From positions 40,300,001 through 40,364,000 of the forward strand of contig OZ024755.1 in the NCBI GenBank assembly GCA_964016885.1: a DNA stretch of 64,000 nt. Reading direction: 5' to 3'. A program made the translations under genes and the position numbers. This document shows, in pieces, positions 1 to 8,531 of the stretch (the first letter of the stretch is position 1; each line of letters starts with the position of its first letter). Below the pieces are notes generated by a model. The model worked only from the letters and a program-made list of their open reading frames with translations, made no database searches and was not told where the DNA came from. Source of the DNA: Eledone cirrhosa (lineage: Eukaryota).

Positions 1-51
1 AGCCTGATTTATGCCGTACGGCATATCGTTTTCGGTGCGCCTGGCCGACTG

Positions 52-413
52 AACTCACTCGATATGCAAATTAGGCTGCTCAGCCGTTAATTTTCATAAG
101 GAAAGTATATACTTTCGAACGTTCAACCATCTGGCAGAAGGGTATACGGTACTGACGATAGCTAACAAGCTTGAAACTAGTACATCGTTCCTGTGTCAGT
201 GTTGAACAAAAAGGTGACGTGGTTGCCTTAACACCGTACGGCATAAATCAGGCTGTCCGTTTGTTTACAAACGAACAAAGCGAATGTTATAATAAATATT
301 CGCTAAACTGATACGGACATATATATATGTGTGCCTGCATGTATGTATATATATATATATACATGCTACTGTACGTCTGTATACATATATGTATGCACGT
401 ATACATACATACT

Positions 414-474
<61 letters not shown>

Positions 475-872
475 AAAAGAATGAAACGAAATTTCATTTC
501 TCACTCTTAGTACGGCTGATACTTAAGTGTAAGTATGTATACGTACATATATATATGTATACAGACGTACAGTAGTATGTATATATATACATACATGCAC
601 ACATATATATATGTACGTATGGGTTTACCGAACATTTATTATAATGTTCGGTTTGTTTGTAAACAAACAGCCCGAATTACGCCGTACAGTGTTTAGACAA
701 CCATCGTCGCCTTTTTGTTCAACACTGACACAGGAACGATGTACTAGTTTCAAGCTTATTAGCTATCGTCAGCATCGTATACCTTCCTGTCAGATGATTG
801 AACGTCTGAAAGTATATACTTTTCTCATGCATATTAACGGCTGAGTAGCCTAATGTGCAAATCGAGTGAGTT
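52..872. mobile_element. Fold-back/MITE-like element with ~270-bp diverged inverted repeats (52-320 vs 611-872) around a (TA)n/(TACA)n core
   Basis: AACTCACTCGATATGCAAATTAGGCTGCTCAGCCGTTAAT...GAAACTAGTACATCGTTCCTGTGTCAGTGTTGAACAAAAAGG reverse-complements CCTTTTTGTTCAACACTGACACAGGAACGATGTACTAGTTTC...ATTAACGGCTGAGTAGCCTAATGTGCAAATCGAGTGAGTT, with scattered mismatches. No ORF. Confidence 0.7.
320..610. repeat. (TA)n / (TATG)n microsatellite
   Basis: Pure (TA)n run at about 417-472 with degenerate TACA/TATG flanks. Confidence 0.95.
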
Positions 873-934
873 ATCTGCTGTTAGTCGGGGTTAGTTGGAG
901 ATGCAAGACATGACAGCGATAATGAGGGACAGAG

Positions 935-1212
935 ACAGCTGAGATCCATGGACGAGTTCTCTCCAGCTGTCTCTGTCCCTGATTATCGCTGCCATGTCCT
1001 GCGTCTCCAATAGACCAGTGTCTGTCCTTAGGACATCAACATACCTTGGACTTCCACTTCCAGTGCGTCTATGTAGGGGTTCCCACAGGAGCACTGAGTG
1101 CAATGTCAACTCTGGATGCCGGTGAGCATGTCCAGCTAACCTCACTCTCCACTGTGTCACTTTTGAGCTGACTTTTAGGAGGCTCCCATACAGCTCTGAC
1201 TTTTTCATCCTC
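935..1212 (-). mobile_element. RTE-clade LINE 3' fragment (C-terminal ORF remnant)
   Basis: Minus-strand translation ELYGSLLKVSSKV..WRVRLAGHAHRHPE..LLWEP..YVDVLRTDTG..RDRDSWRELV resembles the post-RT C-terminus of RTE-type LINEs. Confidence 0.75.
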
Positions 1213-1227
1213 AGTGTATACTGATTA

Positions 1228-1745
1228 ATGTTGCTATTCCATTCATGCTTTCTATTTAATTTTGGTTTGAGTTCATTTATGTTTATTGACTCTGTGATTT
1301 GTCTAAATATTGACGTAATGTTTAAAGAAATCACAGAGGCAATAAACATAAATGAACTCCAACCAAAATTAAATAGAAAGCATTAATGGAATAGCAACAT
1401 CACAACATACAATTAAGGACAAAATGAAAACACACACACACATAGAACAAACAACCAACCAGTAACATGTAAATAAACAAATAAATAAACAAATATAAAC
1501 ACACACAGACACCCGGATGTAACACATGCGCAAACTAAGCACACAACACACACAAAAACAAGATGGCGTAGGACAGAACAAAGGAGAGGCACAAAAACAA
1601 AGAAAACAATCCCCAGTCACTGAAGAGGTCACATAATATGTGACGAAAGAACTTTGACAATATATGAACAATCGTCTGGTTGTGGAACCAACCAACCAAC
1701 CGGAAATTTATAAATTCCTAAATTTATAAATTTAATTTATAATAA
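1228..1745 (+). mobile_element. Penelope-like element 3' remnant: GIY-YIG C-terminus, 3' UTR and hammerhead, with an inverted 5' duplication (palindrome 1228-1400)
   Basis: The + strand at 1324-1390 reads KEITEAININELQPKLNRKH, like the E..I....P.LN end of PLE GIY-YIG endonucleases. It is mirrored on the - strand at 1228-1300, and an HHR motif lies downstream at 1616-1658. Confidence 0.7.
1616..1658 (+). ncRNA. Minimal type-I hammerhead ribozyme motif
   Basis: gtca-CTGAAGA-g-gtcacat-aat-atgtgac-GAAA-gaac-TT-tgac. Stem I is gtca/tgac, stem II is 7 bp, stem III is minimal, and the UH cleavage site is present. Confidence 0.75.
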
Positions 1746-1881
1746 ATTGAAGTGAAAGCAACTGGTGCGTGTGTTTCTTATTGGCAACATGACTCTCCCA
1801 AAGTATAACAATATCGGTTTCAACACACGTTTTCAGATAAAGAATCTTGCTAAACAAATTCAGAAACGAAATATATATATA

Positions 1882-2280
1882 TATATTAATAAGAGGAATT
1901 CCAACTTTGTCTGATTTACTCGTTTTATTTACAATCCTTTAAAATATATATAATATGGTATTATAATGAAATAGTATGATAGAATATTAAATTCTAAGTG
2001 TTAATTGAACAAGTACTTTCATTCTTTCGCAATCTTCAGGTTCATGATATGTGGTGACAGTCGAGTTTGCAATTTTCAACAGTTGAAAATTGCAAACTCG
2101 ACTGTCACCACATATCATGAACCTGAAGATTGCGAAAGCATGGAAGTACTTGTTCAATTAACACTTAGAATTTAATATTCTATCATACTATTTCATTATA
2201 ATACCATATTATATATATTTTAAAGGATTGTAAATAAAACGAGTAAATCAGACAAAGTTGGAATTCCTCTTATTAATATA
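1882..2280. repeat. Near-perfect 399-bp palindrome (PLE-type inverted LTR remnant) centred at 2081
   Basis: The arms match base for base around TTTTCAAC-A-GTTGAAAA. I see only two mismatches, both inside the HHR motif. Confidence 0.95.
2006..2044 (-). ncRNA. Minimal type-I hammerhead ribozyme motif (mirror copy on + at 2118-2156 has GAAA->GGAA)
   Basis: Minus strand: tgaac-CTGAAGA-ttgcgaaagaat-GAAA-gtac-TT-gttca. Stem I is 5 bp and stem III is the palindromic GTAC. Confidence 0.7.
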
Positions 2281-2325
2281 ATCTTCTATACACAATCATA
2301 CACACCCGTGTATATTTACCTATCT

Positions 2326-2381
<56 letters not shown>

Positions 2382-2384
<3 letters not shown>

Positions 2385-2559
2385 GAAGGAAATGTGATAA
2401 GGAACCAACCAGATGGAACATAACGCACCAAAGTACTCAATACTTAGGGTAGTAGAGTGGGTAATAGGAACGAGTAGGACCCCGACGGCTGAGCTCAAGC
2501 CGTTTCGACGAATTAGCCGTCAAAACGGCTTGAGCTCAGCCGTCGGGGTCCTACTCGTT

Positions 2560-2564
<5 letters not shown>
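2382..2564. mobile_element. PLE-LTR-like fragment ending in a 101-bp palindrome (2464-2564) containing the 3' half of a hammerhead
   Basis: Minus strand: gacg-gctaatt-cgtc-GAAA-cggc-ttgagctca-gccg-TC-gggg. A related copy lies at 7788-7905. Confidence 0.6.
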
Positions 2565-2620
<56 letters not shown>

Positions 2621-2754
2621 AATTTCATTTCCATAAACGTATATTGATGCTTATATCTCTCTATATATATATGCGTGTGTGTGTATCTTTACATGTATAT
2701 GAATATACATATGCACATACGTGGTATGTGTGTTTATGTCTATTAATATATGCA

Positions 2755-2785
<31 letters not shown>

Positions 2786-2789
<4 letters not shown>

Positions 2790-2975
2790 TTAATATAGAT
2801 GAGATTCTACAGGACTAGAACTGTTTCATTCTTTAGAAATCACCAGCTGATGATTTCTAAAGAATGAAACAGTTCTAGTCCTGTAGAATCTCATCTATAT
2901 TAAAACTTTTATACTCTGCAATGTATTGAGTACCTTACTTACTGTGGTTACCTCCGATTCAACCCGGAATAACGT
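2786..2975. mobile_element. PLE-LTR-like fragment with a 122-bp palindrome (2786-2907) folded at a hammerhead core
   Basis: + strand 2847-2885: CTGATGA-t-ttc-taaa-gaa-t-GAAA-cag-ttctagtc-ctg-TA. Same family as 7488-7668 and 8122-8465. Confidence 0.75.
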
Positions 2976-2992
2976 ACGTATATATATATATA

Positions 2993-3537
2993 TTTCTTTC
3001 TTCTCATGTTTTTTATATATATTTACCTCGGCTGCGTTTGTCTGTTTCTCTCTTACTGCTTCCCCGGTCTTTCTGTTTCTCTCACCTTCTTTCGCCCCTC
3101 TGTCAGTTACACTTTCTCTCGACTGACCGCTTCCTCGCACTTCCACTCACTCACTCTCTGTTTCTCCCCTTCTCACTTCCTCCCGTTTGGCCTGTGTGGG
3201 TTCTCTTCTCGCTCACATCTCACTCACGTCGGACGGTCTGTATCTCGCTCGATCGCTCATGAAATCCACCCAGCTTAAGCTGACCGGATAACCATGTTCC
3301 TTGTTTTTTCCTATCTTTGCGTTGTTAGCAATCCTTCTTGTTTGTTTACTTGTCTCGCCCGCTTTACGCGATTTACTTGTCCCAATAGCTTTATTTAGCT
3401 ATTGCTCGCACCAACTGGAGGTATATGCTTTTTAAAGCGATGAAATACCAATGAAGGTTGGAAAATCACTGACGAAGGACTATTTTTATCATATGTAACC
3501 CATGTGCAACCACGCAGTATTCTTTCTTCTCATGTTT

Positions 3538-3540
<3 letters not shown>
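2993..3540. repeat. Interspersed repeat bounded by a 19-bp direct repeat; second partial copy at ~14402-14630
   Basis: TTCTTTCTTCTCATGTTTT occurs at both ends. 3300-3540 aligns closely with 14402-14630 (CCCAATAGCTTTATTTAGCTATTGCTCGCACCAACTGGAGG...CACTGACGAAGGACTATTTTTATC). Confidence 0.75.

Positions 3541-3616
<76 letters not shown>
3539..3616. repeat. (TA)n(TG)n microsatellite
   Basis: Direct reading. Confidence 0.95.
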
Positions 3617-3617
<1 letters not shown>

Positions 3618-3787
3618 GATAATTCCTAGAAAACATACAACGTGATTGTTACTGACAGCAGTAAAATACCTGTAATAGGAGTTTTAATTAAATTCTGTAT
3701 TGACCAACTTGCATACCTATTTAAGATTTATAACTGTTAAATATTTAGAAATTAAATTATTTAACTTTTAGCGTTAACAATTCAAGT

Positions 3788-4016
3788 GTACACACACACA
3801 CATACATACACACACATACACATACATACACACACACATATATACATACACACACATACACACACATACATACACACACATACACATACATACACACACA
3901 CATATATACATACACACACATACATACACATGCACACACACGCATACACATACACATACCCGCGTACATTCACACACATGCGCACGTACATACACACACA
4001 CTCACAGATACACATA
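3788..4016. repeat. Degenerate (CA)n/(TACA)n microsatellite
   Basis: Direct reading. Confidence 0.95.
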
Positions 4017-4058
4017 TTACTATGGGTGTTTCTTTGTGTGTGAACGCGCTTGTGTACA

Positions 4059-5962
4059 GATACATTTCTTTATTAGCCACAAGGGCACAAAAGACGGGGA
4101 CAAATACAAATGGGGAGTTTACATACAGGTATATGAAAATAAAACTATTAATAAAATAACAAATAACAATTGAAATCCCCAAAATTGGGGAGGCGTTACA
4201 AAAGGATTGTACACACCCCGAAAAAATGTACAACCCTCATCTCCAGGAGCACCAAGAGTGAGTACTCCCTTCTTCTCTTCCTCTTTTTCCTCAACCTACA
4301 GGCTTATGTAGAGAGAAGGCCGAACCACTCGGGCCATCTTTGCCACATTCACCCACCTTTTATCAAATTTGCTGGGGTACAGCACCTCTCTCTCCCTCCT
4401 GATTCTTCTTCCAAAATGATATTTGAAAAAACGAATCAGTTGCTCGCCGGAGAGAAAGGTGTCTGACCTCAGCCCTTTTAACCTCGTCCACCATATAACC
4501 TCTTTCACCATAGCCAAAACACATAGAAATATCACCTCTCCCTCGTTTTTGAAGGAGGGTGGCGGTTTGATCATGACAATGGACTTGGTGGTCAACTGGA
4601 TTGGTCCCACGCGCGAAAATAGTCGTTCTACATAGCCCCACAGGTCGGTAACGCCCGGGCAGTGTACAAATGCATGCGCGACGGTTTCCTCGTCGCGGAC
4701 GCATCTCGGACAGATCTTTTTCGAAGGGTCCCTGCCCGGGCGCCCGTGTCTGTAGAGCTTGACTCGAACTGGTAGAGCTCCTCGGTAGCACTGCCAGGCC
4801 ATGAACTTTTGGAAGTTGTCCATTGGTCCTGGGCGGAAGGTCCTACCGAACAGACTGGCTAGTTCGCCCTCCTCTACGCCTAGAGTTTCTCCGAGCGCGT
4901 CGTCGCACTTGCTGCGGGCCAACCCTCTATAGAATGTCGAAGTGTAGTCTCCACTGATCGCCGGGTTCGTTTGCCAGAAGACTGTGAGCACCTGAGCACA
5001 TTCGATGTGCCAGTCGCCCATTTTCCTTGGTCTTTGCTTGACCCAGGACTGCAGGTCGGTCAGCGAGACGAGTTGTGGGAAGGTTCGCCTCACGAACGGG
5101 GCCCACACGGGTTGTCCGGTGAGGAATACGTGGTGGCAGCAGATGGATCTTCTCACCAAAGGAGTCCGTTTCTTTCAAATGAATTGGAAGAGTGCGCGCT
5201 CCATTTTGGTGAGCGTTTTGGCTGGACAAGGCACGACGGTCAAGCGGTAGTAGATGACGGACGCTATAAAAGTGTTCGCCATCTCCGCTCGACCTTTCAA
5301 GGATAGTTTGCACACGGCCCACTTCTGGGTGAGCGCAAACACCTTGGCCGTCACCTCGTTCCAGTTCTTCTCCACCTGGAGGTCCGGACCAAACCAGACC
5401 CCGAGCAGCTTTGCCGGTCCTTCCGTCCAGCGTCCGACGACGCCATTGGAAGGCATCGGTTTGCCTCTCCACGTTCCGAGTTGCAAACCGACGGATTTGT
5501 CCCGGTTCAGCTTCCTGTGAACCTTTCGTATTCCTCCAGTAAGTTGCGACATCTCTGATTTGCGAGGTGCTCGACACCATTACTGTCACGTCGTCAGCGT
5601 AGGCCGACGCCGCTTTCCGCAGTCCCGGTTCCAGAGGGATGCCCTGCATTAGCTCCAACTACCACAGTAGTGGCTTGAGAGTCAGTACGTACAGAAGGGA
5701 GGAGAGAGGGCATCCCTGTCGGATGGATCGCGTGATATGGAACGGCTCTGAGAGGTAACCGTTCACCTTGACCCTTGAGCAGATGTTGCTGCTGTGCATT
5801 GCAGCAATCCAGCCCCTGAACACGGATCCGAAGCCTGCTGCCTCGAGCACCGCATCCAGGTAACGATGGTCAACACTATCGAAAGCCTTAGACTGATCCA
5901 AATTGATCAGGGCCCCACCGAAGCCGGGTTTACACCCTACCCTCTTTATGATCTATCGCATT
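4059..5962 (-). mobile_element. 5'-truncated Tx1-type (L1 superfamily) LINE, ORF2 RT + zf-RVT-like domain, frameshifted
   Basis: Consecutive minus ORFs give LDQSKAFDSVDH, RSIRQGCPLSSLLYVLT, SAYADDVTV, KLLGVWFG, LSLKGRAEMANTFI and AWQCYRGALPV..CPRC..ETVAHAFVHC. The 3' UTR ends in CCCTTGTGGCTAATAAAGAAAT. Confidence 0.9.
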
Positions 5963-5974
5963 AGGTGGAGGTTG

Positions 5975-6120
5975 TGTACAGATAGATGAACAAACAGACA
6001 GAAAGGCAGGCATTCGGGCGAATGGAGGGATAGTGGGAGGGAGGGAGGGAAGCCGGGATAGATGAATGGATGGATAAATTGATGGATAGATATATTGCTT
6101 TGGTTGCCACAAGGGCGTAC
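5975..6120 (-). mobile_element. Short Tx1/SINE-like 3' tail remnant followed by (ATCT/ATCC/CTCC)n simple repeats
   Basis: Minus strand CCCTTGTGGCAACCAAAGCAATAT resembles the tail of the adjacent Tx1 element. Confidence 0.45.
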
Positions 6121-6236
6121 AAGAAATATCTACCTAGTTGATGTTGTGTAAAGTCCAATGAGAGAGTCGTGTATCTATGTTAGTAACCGACTCTCTCTGT
6201 ATTGGTAAAAATGTATAAAATTATAAAACCAGAAGA

Positions 6237-6330
6237 ACATACATACATACATACATACATACATACATACATACATACATACATACATACATACATACAT
6301 ACATACATACATACATACATACATACATAC
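6237..6330. repeat. (ACAT)n tetranucleotide microsatellite
   Basis: Perfect run. Confidence 0.97.
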
Positions 6331-7211
6331 TTTCATGTGAGATATATGAACAAGCTCGACCGAATGGTCATCTGGATTTGCTTCAAACAATCTTCTATCA
6401 TTGCACCAATGTTTGGTGTCAATAATATATTTTCTAAACAAAACGAGAGGAAGCGATGCTGCTTATTCGGTTTTAATGTCAAATTCGGATGGAATTGAGT
6501 TTATATTGCTATCAATAAAGATGGTGCAGCGAGTCTTCAGGGATCAAATTGAATTCATAATGTTATTCCACTGTAACTAAAAGATATTTAGCAATATATG
6601 GGAGGGTTTATTGCGACTAAGGATTCATTATCAAATATATGGCGCTGGAACAGAGCCATGAAAAGCCTGCTCTGAACTATGAAATTGTGTCTTGCATTAA
6701 TGTTTAAATATGTTGTTGAGTTAACTACTTTGATCAGCGTAAACGGTAAACAAACGCCGAAATGCAAACAGCAAAGTGAAGTGTTTCGTAAGAATGGCAG
6801 GAAGAGGGCCATTAAACCTTTAATTAGAGTGGGGAAGCGGGACATATCGACATTAAAATGTGGTTGGAATGAGCAAGGGAATGTGGGACAAAAGTGGTAT
6901 TAAAACGTTAATATTAGGCGAGGGGTGAAGTGGGACTGAGGCAATATCAAAACGTTGCTAGGAGGTGGGGTGACAAAAGCAACAATAAACCCGTATTGAA
7001 TGTTCGACAACAAAAAACGAAGTCATTAATTCTAACTAAAGCATAAGTCAACAGTGAGCAATTTGTCTAAATTGTTCAACTTGACAGCATTGCTACATCA
7101 GAGCAAAAAAATAATAAAAGAGATTTATTATAGGAAACATGTTCTGTCAAACTTGAAGGTTAGCAGCTACTAATAAGATCGGACCCGGTTCAATCTGACC
7201 CATGCAGGTGA

Positions 7212-7340
7212 ATATATATATATACATATATACACACGGACATATATATACACAGGCATATATATATATACACAAGCACATATATATACACAGGTACATA
7301 TATATACACACACGCACATGTATATACACACTCTCTCTCT

Positions 7341-7371
<31 letters not shown>

Positions 7372-7416
7372 GTATATGATATATATATATGATATATGAT
7401 ATATATATATGATATA

Positions 7417-7478
<62 letters not shown>
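7212..7478. repeat. Compound (TA)n/(CA)n microsatellite
   Basis: Direct reading. Confidence 0.95.
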
Positions 7479-7481
<3 letters not shown>

Positions 7482-7487
7482 TTATCC

Positions 7488-7668
7488 CGGGTTCAATTGG
7501 GGGCAACCACAGTAAGTAAGGTACTCAATACATAGCAGAGTATAAATGTTTAATATAGAAATGCTTCTACAGGACTAGAACTGTTTCATTCGTGAGAAAT
7601 CATCAGGAAGCTGACTCATCACGAATGAAACAGTTCTAGTCCTGTAGAAGCATTTCTATATTAAACAT
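7488..7668. mobile_element. PLE-LTR-like fragment with fold-back (7546-7668)
   Basis: Shares AACCACAGTAAGTAAGGTACTCAATAC...TCTACAGGACTAGAACTGTTTCATTC with the 2786-2975 family. Inverted arms surround 7595-7618. Confidence 0.75.
7563..7611 (-). ncRNA. Complete minimal type-I hammerhead ribozyme motif
   Basis: Minus strand: gcttc-CTGATGA-t-ttc-tcac-gaa-t-GAAA-cag-ttctagtc-ctg-TA-gaagc. All three stems pair. Confidence 0.8.
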
Positions 7669-7671
7669 ATT

Positions 7672-7905
<234 letters not shown>

Positions 7906-7973
7906 AAATATATATATATATATATATATATTTAAAATAACATATTAAAATAACAGATAACAGATTAAAGTTT

Positions 7974-8045
<72 letters not shown>

Positions 8046-8121
8046 TAACAGATTAAAGTTTAATCACTGCTATCACCCTTAACGGGATCTTATATATATA
8101 TATACTGTATATAAGTTATTC

Positions 8122-8465
8122 CATAGCAGAGTATAAATGTTTTAATATAGAAAAAGCTTCTACAGAACTAGAACTGTTTCATTCATGAGAAATCATCAGG
8201 GAGCTGGCTGTCCAAGTAAGTAGTGGTATTTATATCTTTTCTTTTCTGGTGGTAGGAGAGGGTGGGGATTGGGATGGGTGGAGTCGTTGATTGAAGGATT
8301 TAAAGAAAAGGGAGTTCATTAAAAGCTAATTCTTTCAAGCTATAGTATTAACAAAGGCAGAAAGAATACTGTAAATAAAATAAAATTAGAATACCAATCC
8401 TTCTAAGTGCTGGAATGATTCCCCTTATTGTGAAGTTTCTCTTCCAGGTGTCAACAAGCACATTC
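8122..8465 (-). mobile_element. Penelope-like element 3' remnant with hammerhead
   Basis: The minus strand has a degenerate ..LNPSIND (GIY-YIG-end-like) reading near 8280-8305, followed by the HHR at 8156-8204. Confidence 0.6.
8156..8204 (-). ncRNA. Minimal type-I hammerhead ribozyme motif (one stem I mismatch)
   Basis: Minus strand: gctcc-CTGATGA-t-ttc-tcat-gaa-t-GAAA-cag-ttctagtt-ctg-TA-gaagc. Confidence 0.75.
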
Positions 8466-8477
8466 ACATGTATATAT

Positions 8478-8512
<35 letters not shown>

Positions 8513-8531
8513 CATACACACATAAATATAT

